Translations under genes and position numbers: made by a program | In this document: in pieces, positions 1 to 13,953 of the stretch | Position numbering within the stretch: the stretch's first letter is position 1 | How the letters are laid out: every line of letters starts with the position of its first letter | The notes under the pieces: generated by a model | Told to the model about the DNA's origin: nothing | What the model saw: only the letters and a program-made list of their open reading frames with translations | Database searches by the model: none | Origin: Takakia lepidozioides | Lineage: Eukaryota > Plantae > Bryophyta | DNA: 64,000 bases | NCBI GenBank assembly: GCA_030704615.1 | Contig: CM060733.1 | Location: 9,982,001-10,046,000, forward strand | Direction: 5' to 3'

Positions 1-888
1 CAGACGCATCACAAAACTTTCATACCAGTCTGGTCTATATACTGGTGGTATATGACCCCTTGTACCTCACAGAAAATATGACCCATCAGTGAACTGGCAA
101 GCAAACTTCCCATGCTGCAAATGAAGACCATATGTTTGTCCAACATGAAATTGATCCGTGTACTTCGTGTGCCCATCTTCTCCACCACAGATCTGGGGCA
201 CATGACTTCACCCCTTTGGTCATTGGCTGGCCAAATCTCCTAAGATGTGAGCCGCCTAAGAACAGACTATCAACATTGTCTTTCCAAGGACTTCATTTGT
301 AAAAGCATGCAGGCACAGGAACTGCATTGTTTAGTAGCATCATGTTGACTGCTTGCACCTAAGCAAACAACCTCTGGACTCACACTGGGTAGTTGTCCAA
401 AGATGACATTAAATACGAGGTCAGACTTAAGTTCTACTCCTATTGTGACAGGACTCCACAGAATCAGAGCCTATGGCTTTTGATCCTTGGCTTTGTTTCA
501 GAGTGACTCCTGTGAGCTTGACACAGTGCACAAAGTTGTGTTGTTGTTAGAGAGAACAAGGGTGGAGTTGTTCAGGCATGACCACACACACCAGTACACA
601 TAAAGCTGGCACTGAACCCTTAGACTCATCACACAATGGGCTTTGTAAATTGACTCCAACACCCCTTGATTTCTTTCTAGAGGCAGCACCTCAGCTTTAT
701 TGATTAAACCTGTTTGCCTCTACTAAGGAAGTTGACAAATGCAATACTAAGTATTATTGCCATCTGCAACTTTAGTGGCCAAGTAAAAAAAAATTGCGTT
801 GTTCAGTCATCTGCTTCTTCAGCTGAAGAAAACATGAAGAAAAACACTACATGCTTCACACGCGACACTAGAGTGGATAACTTCCCTC

Positions 889-3800
889 CTACATCCTCAT
901 GCTGGGACCATCAGATATCCTTTCAAAGTTGCCACTGTGGCTATCAAGGATCCCTGTTCCAAAAGCCTCATCGTATCCACTTGACGAATACCAACGAAGC
1001 ATCGTGGCCTTATAGTCATCGTCCAAGCCTGCTTCTGGGCTACAATCAAGGCCTGCATCCTGCTTGTCACCCTCTGATCCCACCGCTTCCGGAGTACCAC
1101 GAAGGACCACAATTTCCAAGTCACTATCCCAATCAGTTTCCTTTCTACCCCAATGGTCCTGAATCTGCATGTCACTATCTGGTTCCACTTTCCGAGCATC
1201 ATTATCGACCCCATCTTGGAGATCACTTTTTAACTCGACTTTCAGTGTAGCACCAACTTCTGTTGAATCTGACTCAAGGACCATGCCTTGGAAGCTGCTA
1301 ATTAAATCCTCTTCAAGAGTACCACCAAGGTTCCCAATCCGCACGTCACTCTCTGATACAGTTCCCAGAGCACCACCAAGGAACTTGACTTCAAGGTCAC
1401 TCAGTGAATCCGATGCCTGACTGTGAGGGAATCTCACTTGGGCAGCACACTTCGGATTCACTTCCTCAATCCCACGAGGGATCTGAGCTTGCAAGTCATC
1501 ATTTTGATTCCCCTTTCTGCAGGTTTTCAAGGTTTCTTCCATATCAGCTTCGCCTTCACTACTTGTTAAGTCACCCTCTGATGATATTCCTTGAACTGTT
1601 ACAAAATCTCCCTCCTTTGAGTTTGGTGTCGAGCTCTCCCCAGGAACAGAGGATTCATCAGTTCTCTTTCTATCCGAAACAAAGGCTCCAAAACAAGCGA
1701 TGCTCTTTAGATCGGATGTTTCTGATCCACCCAGACAGCCAGTTGTCTGAGGAGGTTCCATGTCTTCCTCCTTTGATCTGCTGTCCACTGAACTAGAAGG
1801 GCTCCCTACCTCCGTTGCAAATGGAATCCTACCAGAAGATTGTACACAGGGCTTAAAGGCAGGTTTACCCTCAGGAACAGCCCGGCGAAAGTCTAACCCC
1901 TTGGATTGTACCATGAGATCACTCGGGCTCCCTACCTCCGTTGCAAATGGAATCCTACCAGAAGATTGTACACAGGGCTTAAAGGCAGGTTTACCCTCAG
2001 GAACAGCCCGGCGAAAGTCTAACCCCTTGGATTGTACCATGAGATCACTCGGATATAGCATTCTGTTACTGCCAGCTGCCACTTCCACCCTCACAAGATC
2101 CGACATGACTGCCATCATATCTCCAAGGATCACAAAGCCTGCTGTTTTGTAATCCAAGACATACCCAAACCGACGCAAGAACTCTGGTTTCAACATTGCT
2201 TGAAGGTAACCACTCCTATTGAGAGGTAGCACAACGTGCAACAGCACCCTGCAATCCAATATTGACTTCCTTACAAATGCATCAGCTGACAATCTATAGC
2301 CTATGTCATGTCTTACCGAAGTAAGAGAGCTACCCCTATTTTTCAGGGCCGGATGGAGCACACAAACGCCTGGCCGGGGATAATCCATCCGTATAACTTC
2401 AGGAAATCGATTAATAAGCTCATAAAGATTCTTGAAGCCAAGATATTTATGGTCCAGAGGAGCACCACATGCCCACTGGAAGTCTTTGGGAACAAGTCTT
2501 ATGTCGTAGCCATTGGGCACTTTTTCCATCATATAGACAAGCAAAGCCCTGAGCTTGTTCATGATATCCAGGGGATTGAATGGGCTCACTAAAGCCTCAA
2601 ACACTGCGGCATCTGAGACCTCCTTCCCATTCATCTGTGAACTTTTCACAATTATTGTATTCGAAACAAGCATAGACTGGAGGGGAGTACTAATGTCAGG
2701 TGTACTCTTTGGCTGGCTCCCTACCTGTTGCTTGCGAGGAGGTGGGAAGTCTGCCGCCCTGTGTCTTGCTGGAAACAGCAAATGTAATCCCTTCCGCGGA
2801 TTCTCGATCCGCACCACATCATCAAAGGATTGCGAGACGAGATCCATGAGCTTTAAAGATCCTAGTGTATGTTGGTCAAGGCGGATGCCGGTTGCAATTT
2901 CGAAGTCCCGGGGGATAAGACTTATATCATACCCCCTCTGGCCTCTGTCAGTTGCCAAACTTACGAATTGGACAAGCCAAGTTCGTAGGCTTTTCAGAAT
3001 ATTTTTTGCAATATTATTGGACGGACCCAGAGTTTCCAGGTGTCCGTTTGCTGCACGCTTTGACTCAGCGACACCCACCACATTTAGGTTGTGAGGAATG
3101 GGCAGCAAAGGGCTGTCTGGCATCCTGGCAGAAACAGAAACCTGGGGACACGGTATAGGTGAGGTAAGAAACAAATTGGAAAACTCAGAGATATTCGCAA
3201 GGCTGACAGACAAAGGCGCCCACGTGCTTGGGGATGCAGGGTGCAGCCATCCCATCACTGAGATAGCAAGCTGCAGTATTTTGAAAATTTCTCCCAATAC
3301 CATCCCAGACAAATGAGCACTTCCACTCTTACGTAATATCTGCGCTGCCTCATACCTGTAAACCACAGCCATGCCCACAGCTCAGAAGCAAGGATTTGAA
3401 GACATGTGAATTCATCGCTAAAGAAGATGGGAAAACTTGCAGGCATCGGCAAGTGACAGCAGCTGCTGTATTGTAGAAAATGTTTAACCAGCACACACTG
3501 GATCAATCTATAAGCGACAACATACACAGCTCAGTCTGCAAAGATCTGAAGACATGCCAACTGCTTGCTAAAAAGGATTATGGGAAAAATGCTTCCAGGC
3601 ATAGCCGATGAAGCATCATTGCGCTGAAATCACACTAAAAAATGTTTCCTTATAAAGCGTACACTGAATCCATGCAAGAAAAACAATCCCATACTTGGAA
3701 GGATACGTACTGTGTGTGGGAGGCTGTCAATGACCGCTGGCCTTCAGCACCACGGACAAAATCGTGGAAAGTATGCCACAATTCTCGAGGGTAGTCGTTG

Positions 3801-5946
3801 CGTTGACTGCTTGGGTCTATGCACTGCCACAGCTCAGTAGAGCGAGGAAAGAAGACCTTTGATGACCCTACAATGACAGAAGCCAGTTCCCCAAGTTCTA
3901 CACCTGCAATCAAGGCAGGGGCCAGATCGAAGCCATAACCACACTGCTTTTCGTGGAACTGAGCACACGCCTGCAAATTGGCCTCTGTTGGCATTATCAT
4001 CTCCCGCTTTAAAGTCTCTAATGCACGACAGATCAGGCTCTGGTATGAAGAAAACAGTTGCTGACGTTGGGTTGCCGGCTGCTCTACAGGAAACAAGTGG
4101 GGCAGCAGCATGTGATGCAAAGCACCTTCTTGCCTCAAAGTTGGTCCTCTTTTCTCCATAAACTGTGAGGTACTTTTCTCGGTTGGGATGGCTTCAGCCA
4201 CCACGATATCAAGTAGAGGTCTCAAAGCAGTCGGATGCTCTTGATGTATCACGTTGGGCTTTGCTATAGCCAGCCTCGAGTGAGTGAGAAAAGTGGGGTC
4301 CACATCAGAATTGGACCTGTTGTCAGCTACTGGTACATCATGTCTCCTTGCAGTGGGCATCACACATGCACCATTGTCAGGCTTGGCTCCCACAGCAACA
4401 AAGGGCCCAGGCCCTGAACCCCTATGCTCCACTTTATCATTGATAGAGGAAGGTCTCACTTCAGGCACATAGGACTCTACATTGCCAGTCAATGGCTGCA
4501 GCTGGGGGATGAACTCGACTGAGGAAGCTACAGCTGCCTGTGAAGCTGGTTCATGACGCCTTTGTTGTACTGGGAAAGTTGCAGCTGCAACAGGAGGCTG
4601 CCCACTGATCATGTTATTAGACAGTTGACCCTTTCCATTATTGCTTGCACCTACAGATGACAAGCTCTTATTGCGTGGGTGATCTGGTGGAGCCTCCCAT
4701 CTAGTTTCAGACTGTACATCCCTGTCTTTACCGGGTGTGGGACCGTTATAGCTTGTGTGTACAGATACCCGCCCATTCACATACTCAGCTGTACTACTGG
4801 AATATTCAGGTGCCAAGACCCTATGGTTGGAGTGATCCCAAGAAGAAAGAGATTGCTCTGATCGAACTTCTGGCAAAGCTGTAGACTCAGTGTTTACGCC
4901 TTCACCACGTGCTAGGCTAGCCCAAAACCACACACTTGATGCCACACCAAGCAGCGATGGTGATACATAGAGATTAAGAGGCCGTGCCAGCAAAATATTG
5001 TAGGTTCTCATTCGAAGTCGATGAAGCGCATTGGCAAAGTCACGATCCCCTGATATGAGAAGAAAGTGTGCTGGAGGGGGGTTGTCAAGTGCCCAAAATA
5101 TCATGTCCACCAATATTGCCTTATCACTTGCATCCTTCCTGCCTGTCAACCCCACATGCTTTCTTGGTGAACACCTCGTAGTAAATGGGTGATAATAGAA
5201 AGAATTTTTCATTCAGTCTGCAAGCTGGCACACCTATTACAACATCTCAAGGCTACTCTTCCAGTCTTTCACCATTTTGGCTCCATTGTCGATGCAAGCA
5301 AGGCCTGAATAGGGATGGCTGACAACTATTTGAAAACCCTGCCCACATTCATGCCCTAACTCAAATTACAAGATACAGCTTGATTACACATCTGCATTCA
5401 CTGCAAAAGCACCTGGCCTGGAATGAACTTCCACGTGGCATGGAGAAACTGATATTTTCTGAAGAATTCCACGTGTATTACATGTATCCTCGGGAGCATT
5501 GAGCTAATCTGTCCCCCAGAATTACTAGATGAACAACATACACAGTCGAACTTTGCATTTGAAACCAGGGAACCCTACAATAAGCCAGTGAGAGAAGAAT
5601 AAACAACACAGGTCATCCCAACTGAATCACAACATTGCTGCTTCAAAGCCACTACGGGCTTCAGGCCAGAAAAACACGAGGGCCTACGCAATTACAAACC
5701 TGATGGAACATGGTGCAAGTTGATTCCTGTGCTGGATAGTGCTCTTTGAATGTTCCTGGACAGTAGCGTTGTGTCACAATATGCAGAGATAGAAATTGGC
5801 CCTTTGAAATTGGCCTTACTGAGCGCTGATCCCACGTTCCGGGCAATAACATGGGGGTCAAGCCCTGCAGGCACCTGGCAATTTTCAATGTCCCACCAGA
5901 CAGATATCTTTGCTGTACTCGCTGCAGAGCTGCTACCTTCTGCCAT
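889..5946 (-). CDS. NYN-domain endoribonuclease with three LOTUS/OST-HTH domains (MARF1/limkain-b1-like plant family), ~1381 aa; exons 5946-5700, 5142-3711, 3355-889
   Basis: NYN motifs VWWDIENC, KDASDKAILVDM and LLISGDRDF are present. GT-AG junctions keep frame (4146 nt total). Three LOTUS-like units (GYDISLIPRDF..LDQHTLG, GYDIRLVPKDF..LDHKYLGF, GYLQAMLKPEF..LDYKTAGF) precede an acidic tail. Confidence 0.9.
1801..2052. repeat. Perfect 126-bp tandem duplication inside the last exon of the NYN-LOTUS gene (42 aa x2)
   Basis: 1801-1926 is identical to 1927-2052; the peptide PSDLMVQSKG...FATEVGS occurs twice in frame. Confidence 0.95.
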
Positions 5947-6633
5947 CTTGCCTTCCTTCCTGCCCACCCCCTAGGTTTATGTACAACGCGCTCCTACCTT
6001 GTTTCCACGCTCCGATTAAACAGAAACGGGTACAAACAGACGCTTCTTCAAGTCTTCTCAACAAGGGACAGATGCGAACCTGCAACCTGCCAGCACAAGC
6101 ACAAATTCAATCAACCCATTACTCAACCTCCATTCCCGCAACGGATCAGTATGAGGCCAAAGATGCCGTCGAAAACATCCCCCCACTAGAAATTCAACCA
6201 GTTACTAGAAAGACCCGTATGTTGCCCTAATTGAGGAGGAATGCTCCACCTTTCAACGGTTACTTGAAGCCTAAGATCAGTCTAGGGAGGTCGCGGCGGG
6301 CGACCCAACGTTGGCGTTAAGCACCAAACATGTCTGATCCACTCTACTCCCGCAACTGCTCCGTCTCCGACAAGAGAGCGCGTGCGATCGGCATACACCT
6401 CCATGCCCGCACACGACATGCCTTATAAACTACTCGCTCTCTCTGCATCGCTCTCCGCTTTTTCTTTAAACCCTAGCTTGCTTCTTCTTGCCTTCTTCCC
6501 CCCTATAACAACTTACGCGCCTTTTGCCGCTTTTCTTTTCTTTTCTTTTCTTTCCTTTTTCTTTTTTCTTTTCTCTTCTTTCTTTTTTTTATCAGAAAAA
6601 GGATACTTTTCCTTTTTCCGTTAACAGACTATA

Positions 6634-6705
6634 ACGTGGTAGATCAGTTAGATAGTGCACTAACGGGCACCGCAATGGTTTTGGGCTCAAATCCGGCTAC
6701 CGCGT
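6634..6705 (+). other. Degenerate tRNA-like / SINE-head sequence
   Basis: 72 nt. The ends pair (ACGTGGTAG / CTACCGCGT), with an A-box-like TAGATCAGTTAG, a B-box-like GGCTCAAATCC and a GTGC/GCAC stem. Confidence 0.5.
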
Positions 6706-6927
6706 CTTGTGTGGTATGGTTTGGTGTCTCCGGTATGCTTCATGGCCTAATAAGAAAAGGGGTTAATTTTTTACCAAGGGCCTGAATCCAAGACGCACTC
6801 CTAATATGGAGTATCATTGTGACAGACTCGCAATACATTACTATGGATAGACAAAGTAAAATAAGAGTCCCGACAGATTTCTCTACGAGTACAATCGGTT
6901 ACCCCTTTTATTTAACGAAAAAAGAAA

Positions 6928-7004
6928 GTCGGTACATAGATAAGTTGGACGGTGAACAGCATGCCAGCTTATAGTGATCCTGGGTTCAAATAACCAGTGC
7001 TGCC
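6928..7004 (+). other. Second degenerate tRNA-like / SINE-head sequence
   Basis: A-box-like TAGATAAGTTGG and B-box-like GGTTCAAATAAC at tRNA spacing; termini weakly complementary. Confidence 0.35.
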
Positions 7005-7794
7005 TTGTCGGGTGTGTTGTTGTTGTCTCCACGGGTGGCCAGTCAGGAGGTTATTTACGTCTGACACAAATTATGTAAAGGGCCTGATGTGGCTGCCTTT
7101 TCGGGGCAGCAACGGACGGTCGCCAGTCAACGCACTGTGGGCAGGGGCATACGCCGCACGCGCTATCAACGCAGGGTTGACCCCAAGTTCCGGGAACAGA
7201 TTATTTACTCAGGGAGCGGATGAAACTTGGGCAAGGAGAACCCTAACTGACCCATAAGTAGGGTTATTATAGAAAACAACAGGCATGCCAACAATGCAAA
7301 AGGCTTCAAAATCAGCTCTTTTTCGTTTTTTACTATTTTTTTGAAGAAGGCAACGGAGGCCGAGAATAGATTAAGGGCATGGAATAACAGCGGGAACGTG
7401 AACTAAGGCTTACAGAGCAACAACCCAATTGTATAAGCAGAGTTAAAAACACCTGTTAAATGTATCACTCTCTTGTAGCGGACTACATTCCTCAACCAGT
7501 CACCCCCCCCCCCCCCCCCGGCTCCCAAACCACCTGACTTCCAGAGGACATCCCATGTGAGAGTTGCCCCTACCAGATGCAAGGTCAAACTTATTATTGC
7601 CATACCAGAAAAACAGTCATGCAAGGTATCTGTATGCACATGCCTTATAGCCAGCCTTCCCAATCAGTGTCTTAGGGAGAAGCCAGTAAATTGAAGAAAT
7701 GGATGGAGAATCAGCCCAAACAGATGAATGATGGCTGGAGAGCTTCGGAGTTTTCTTGTGAGCTTAGCAAACTCTGATCCCACATGTTCCGTGG

Positions 7795-10700
7795 TCACAG
7801 CAGTCTTCCCCGTATTATTGCCTCCGCTTTCCGAACTTCCTTGATTGCTCCAATCACAAATACCTGGTGGGTGAGTATTTGCTCAGTTAGTGAATGTAAG
7901 AGTGTAGGAAAATACATACCCAATTAGCTATTGGAAAAGGTGAAGTTCTTGTCACTTGTGTTGGGCTAGTAGCACTTAGGCTGTGGGATTCTTATATCCT
8001 TTGAATTAAGAAGTGACAGCTGAATGTGCTGGGTTCAACTTAAAGCACTAGTTGGTTGCAACAAGAACATCAGGAATGGAGCATCAAATACACAGTAAAA
8101 TTTACCTTGTCTGGAGGGCCTTTAGTGCCTCCCATGAAGATGTTAGCCCTGAAAATCAATCCACAGAGCGGACCTGTTAGTATCGGGAGGAGTGAAACAA
8201 TGTGGACCGATGCATACAAGTGATGAATGCACTAGAAAATCATTTCAGAAAGAGGGAGAACTACCGGCAGGATTGCTTGATTGACTGGATTGAAGAACCT
8301 TTTTTCCCAATAATGAGCCCCATTTTCCCGTTCGGTACATCCACCACCGCCAGCACCTCCTCTTCTGGCACCTCTTCTACTGTCACATTGTCTGCCCCCA
8401 ACAACCCAAGATCAGATAGAGAGCCACACCACAGTTTGGAGGTATGGTCACCCGCAACAGAGCTACTTTCATCAAAGCACACGCTAAAACCTGTTCTGAT
8501 TTCCGTCCAAGCTATGCAGTGACATCAACATGGATACCTGATGACCATATTTCCCAACTGATCTAGTCTATCCCCACTGGTTGGTGAACCCATGCCAGGC
8601 ATGCTGTCCAAGTTAGAGCTTCCCTTTCCTATGTTCTTGAAACTGTCGTATGCTCTGAGCTAAATAGTCAATGCAGAAATATCATCCAAAGAACGGTCTA
8701 CGTAACCTTGAGTGCCATGTGGATTTCAGTATCTGTAGTTTTAGAGAGGATGCCGAGACAGACCTGCAAGAGTGGGAAGGGCTGGCCAGTCAGAAAAGTC
8801 AGTGCCAGCACAATAGCAGCGGCAGTAAAGAGAGCTGCGCACACTGAGGCGCCACAGTAAGAGCTGGGGCAGCTGGGCTACCATGCAGTGATGAATACGT
8901 AGAAGGAAGCGAACATCGTCAGCTGCCACACGTCTCATCATTTCATTCCATGGTCTGTGTGCCCAGAATTCTGGGTCCTGGATCATCAGGTGGAAGTGTT
9001 AGTCTACGGTTGACTCCTTGTAACACAGATATTGAAGTTCCACTCACATCTACACACACATAATCAATCTCGGTCAGTATATTCTGGCTCAATTATAGGT
9101 TAAATCGATTGAGTCATGGTCTGTAGGAATTACTCAGATGGGAGAAATTTAATGACTGTGATACTCCCAGAGACAAATAAAGCACTGACCTTCTTCAATA
9201 GCCCCCGAACCTCTTCCTTCTCGTCATACACCACCCCTGTTTACAAACATACATAAAACTTCATAATGGCTACATTCCCTAAAGACAAAAGGGGACTAAA
9301 AACTAAAAACCACTCTTTGGAGCCACACCTTGGCAAACCAAATAAACCACATGATATGTCTGCATGGCCCATCCCATCATGCTGAACAACTACCTTGGTT
9401 AATTGATAAGGCTTCAGAGCCAACTGTGACAAGACCGCATGGAGTCAGAATCTGAGCTGTTTACTAAGAACACAAAACCATCAATCACAAGGTATATACG
9501 AAGTTTTCATGCATTTAGGAAGTGGGGAAGAAAGAAAGAGAGATGGCATACCACAATAGCGCTCATCTGCCAGGAGATCTACGAAAGAGATGTTAGCATC
9601 TGGCACCCACTTCTTGCCGTGCTGCTCCTCCAGCAGCGCGTACGCAATCTGTCATAATCAACCAATCATCACAACCTTCAATCCAGAGAAGTGCTGTCAA
9701 TATCTGCAGGTCCGAGATGACCACTTCTCTGTCCACTACTGCGATATTAAATTACCACATGAGGCTCCATCCCTTCATATGAATCTCCAAACAAAGTGAC
9801 GGAAAAAGTGTCATGGTGAGTTGCGAAATGATTGAGATATGCCTGATTTCTTAGGCTTTGAAGAATTCACAGGTACTAAGACCGCAGGGCTCTTGGGAGT
9901 TCTTCCTACTTCAGCTATTTACATTCATAGTTATTGAATCATGATACATCCCACTGTCAATTGCTCTCTGTGGTCACTTGAACCAGCAAGAAACCATCTC
10001 AGTTGCAGTCCTTAAGTAAAACGTGGACACACATCACGGGTGAGGACCTTGCCAGCTATCACAAATATGCTGGGTCCCTGATCAGGACATGCCAATCCTT
10101 CCTACTTCAGCTATCTGTCATCCGCAATTGGTCACATCATTGATCCCACCTGAACCAGCAAGAAAGCTCAAGAACACCATTCCACTTGCAGGTCTGAAGA
10201 CAAATGTGGAGATTGTGATTGCAAGAGAGAAGCAGAAGACTGCACCTGAGTGTCAAATACATTGTGCAACTTGATTCCAAACTGAAAGTACAAAGCCTGC
10301 AACATGCAAGAGAAGACAAGACCTATCATTAGAGACAGTGTGGAGAAAGACACCTTGACCATGGAGTCCCCAGCATTAATTCTTCTTAGCTGCATATCTA
10401 GATTTCCTAAAGAGAGGTTTACTCTTCACCATGTTGTTCGTTGCCAGCAGCCAAAGCTCTCGTCCCTTGGACCTTGCAGTCCCTCAGGAGTGGGTTACTT
10501 GATCCAAAGCTCTTTGAAGCTGCAGATCACAAAATTAAATGCAAATCTGGTAGAATTATTCCAGGAGTTGAACAAGTAGTCCATGTCGACTGTATGGGCA
10601 ACCCCACAATTCAGGGACGTGCATAATCAGAACTGGAGATTGGAATTGCTAAATAAAATGGAATTTGAAGAAAGGAACAGTAAAGCTGGAGGAGGAAGGC

Positions 10701-12890
10701 ACCTCACTATCACGCTTACAGTCATGGCAGACTTTTGTGATATAGGGTGACTCCATGGCAGGTTTGCACGCTTGCATAAGGGCATCGCCTCCTTCCACAG
10801 CATCCACCAAGTACACTGCATCCTCAAATGCCAGCTGGCAACACCAGATATACACCTTTTGAGTCTTGAACTTAAATAATTTTCAAAAAGTGTTATGAAA
10901 CGCTAAACTAAGTGACAAAATCAGAGTTTTCACCCTGAATCAGACTTGGACATCCGACGATTGCTCACTGAACTTAAGTCGATTGGGGAAGGAGGCTGAC
11001 TAAATAAAGTTGCTCATCCTCTTCCTTTAAGGCCCTGAATTTATAACAAATTTGCCATCCATCACTTATATCACACGTTCGTTATGAATTGACATACAGA
11101 GAAATGAACATACTTGCATGATGCAGAGCCGGCCAGTGCGAGCCAGGTCTACTCCCTCACAATCAAAGCCAATGACAACATTCTGCTCTGGATCAGGCTC
11201 GAGAAAGGACTGTGGCAACTGTGAGAAGTGAGTAACAATGTGCACGGGCACTGGGAACATCCATGTCTCGCCCTCCCCTGTCTTAGTGCGACTCCTGCAA
11301 CCTGCACCATCCCAACATATTGGCACAATTGGATAAGATCCAAAGGAAATTTCCAATTTGTCACTGGAAAGACCTGCAAAGACCTACCATATTAGCATGG
11401 CCGGGGTTTCCTTCTGGCTAGGAATCGGCCTTAAAGCACAAGAGCTGTCACCAGGCCACTTCCTGTGGCTAAGCTACTGACTAGGACTAGAAGAACTAGC
11501 CAAATATGAGTCTGAATCACTCCTAGGGTTTACTCAACCCGAGCACATGTGCAATCCATGCGACTACCTCCCCAATCAAATGGGCATATGGATGACCTGG
11601 CACCACTGTGCTCGGACACACAAATGTCTACCCCGGCGTCATCCAGATGAAGGCATGCAGGCATTGGTGATTAGCACTCCTTTCTGGCAGCCTGAAGCTG
11701 GAGAGAATGTACTCATATGTATGATGCTTTGCCAGTACATAAATGCCGTGGTCTGGTGTCCATTGAACCCACTCGATTCAACCCCTCCTGATTGGGTCAC
11801 AATCTCAGTGTGGAACTGCCATAGCTCTCCCACTGCCAACAACATCCCATTTTCAAGATTGTGTATCAACCTAGCTGGTCACAACCACGAGGTGGAGATT
11901 GAGAGGCCAACGTAGGTTCTGAAATTCGAGCAAAACAACTCTGATGCATCCACGATTCCCATGCTGTTGATACCAGCGCTCAAAGATCCTGCCAACTTTC
12001 TTAGGAAGTCATTGCAGGTGGCTATCTACTAGATGTAACCATTTCAAAGGCTAGCCACAGTCATGCTACCTGTCAAGGTGGTGGATAGAATGTGGCCGAG
12101 CTTCTGCCAAAGGGAAACAGATGTGATGGAGAGAATTGTCCATAGACTTGAGGCGATAACCATTCTCCAGGAACCAAGATCTGTAGCTAAGGGCACTACG
12201 AGTCACCATTGCCCATGCAGTTAACATTCAGACAAAGAGGATACGAAATCCCTCGAGCAGCTGCCTGGGAAGGTGATTAGATTCTTCATTCCAAACCATT
12301 GATTGTGACCTGATTGTAGCTCATGTCTTTGGGGCATTATAATTCAATCATTCCTCACAATTTTTCGGTTGCAATTCAAGTACTCATGAAGATTACTTCG
12401 GCATTAATTCTTCACTGGAAATAAAACCCTAAACCATACCACGCACGTAAATTACGGCTCAAGTGTCTAAAACCTATAACCATACCATGTCCCGCTCATC
12501 AGGCTAACAAAATTCGTGCTCCTTTCACGCTAGGCCTCACAATCCTTCGCCAGTGATTCTAAGCAAAATTGCGATAGATAATACGCACTCCGAAATGCTC
12601 AGTTTCACGCTGTCGAATTTCTTAAACATAACCATAACACAACATTGACTGCTCAACATGCAGCAAGATTCAGAACAACAAGGACACGTTCAGATCAAAC
12701 GACAAACGCTGCCGTAGGAATTCATCACCAACACACAGCACCGAACCACAAAAAAAAATCCACGTGACAGAAACAACATGCGAAATCAGAGAACTTGAAT
12801 TCGAGTGGAGAGTCAATTACCAGGAGCATCGCCGGGCCCTGCCTGGCCCAGGGGCACGCAGGGGGGCGCAAGGGCGGGCATGGGTGCCAT
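7795..12890 (-). CDS. DEDD 3'-5' exonuclease (EXD1/Egalitarian-like) with C-terminal KH domain, ~345 aa; exons 12890-12821, 11301-11114, 10834-10703, 10296-10246, 9648-9552, 9236-9190, 8977-8764, 8391-8265, 8148-8106, 7863-7795
   Basis: ExoI GFDCEG, ExoII HDCKRD, ExoIII AADDV and KH motif MGLIIGKKG. All ten exons join in frame (1038 nt). Exon 1 is the least certain. Confidence 0.9.
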
Positions 12891-13060
12891 GCAGCTTGTC
12901 CTCCCTCCTGCTCTGTGTACAACAGCACCTATACACAGCTCCAGCGCGGTTTACCGCACGGTTGTACGCGCTGTTTTTCCCACAGGGTATGCGCGTGGTT
13001 TACCGCACAGTTGTACGCTCACTTTTTCCAAAAAAATAAATAGACAATTTTGTTTTAAAA

Positions 13061-13340
13061 GGCGTTTTGTTTTTGAAATTTGGAAAACAGCACGAGTGGC
13101 TACAGAGTGTTGCAAAAAGTAGACGACAATCATCCACTGAAATTAGGATAGAATCCATTTCCGTACTACAATCCATTTATATCATCCATATTAGGCGAAT
13201 TCATCCGTAATTTATTTTTTATTTGGAGAAGTTTGGCGATTTCACCCATGGAAAAATGGGAATATTCGACAGAATAGTTTATTTTATTTTTTGAGGTCGA
13301 AATTCGAAATCTGGCGAAAATTCGCCAATAAAGAAACGCC
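13061..13340. mobile_element. MITE-like dispersed repeat (copy 1) between divergent genes
   Basis: Short inverted ends GGCGTTT/AAACGCC; the body is a diverged reverse complement of 36139-36413. Confidence 0.7.
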
Positions 13341-13953
13341 GTTAGGGCAATAATGGTTACAACAGATCGGACGGTCACAATAGTTTACGAATATGTAAGA
13401 CATACGATGAGTATATACTAGTAAAATATATACCCGTATAATTCGGATACGTATGTGGTCTGATCGGCTTCTCTGCATCTTCTTCGCTGTGCGCTGGATT
13501 GGACTCTCACAAGGTCTTCAAGTGATAAGATTTGGTCACAGCTCTGTGTGTTCGAGTCTAAGGCATGCAAGAGAAGAATTGGAGGTGAAAAGCTTGTCAT
13601 TGAAGAGTTGTCAGTACTTCTGCTTGTTGTCTGCCGTCTCTTCTTTTGCCATGGCTGACGCCTGGTGTTTTTGATATTGTTATGTCGTGGTAAGTTTTGG
13701 TTCTGTAGTCAAACAAGGGGATTATAGTCTGCAAGCACATCTTGTTTCTCACAGTGGTGTTTGGTGCATGATCACAGAAGCACTCGTCATCTACTACGCA
13801 TATCTGTAAAGTTTTGGATCCCATCGTAATACTTCGGGGTACGGAGAAAAGTCGACTGGGATCTTGTTTGACAGGGTTGAGATCCGGAAACGTTAGCGCT
13901 TCAATCGCTGCCGCTTCTCGGTGTTCACCAACTGAGTCAGATCCAAGGAAGCC

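Noticed and set aside
714-3316. Plus-strand ORFs opposite the NYN gene (likewise antisense ORFs over the LINE, PPR and transposase)
   Set aside because: These are shadow frames with no recognisable motifs.
6634-6705. Functional tRNA gene
   Set aside because: The T-loop is GCTCAAA, the D-loop lacks GG, and the anticodon arm is irregular.
7503-7519. Poly-C run
   Set aside because: A simple homopolymer downstream of the exonuclease stop codon, with no further support for function.
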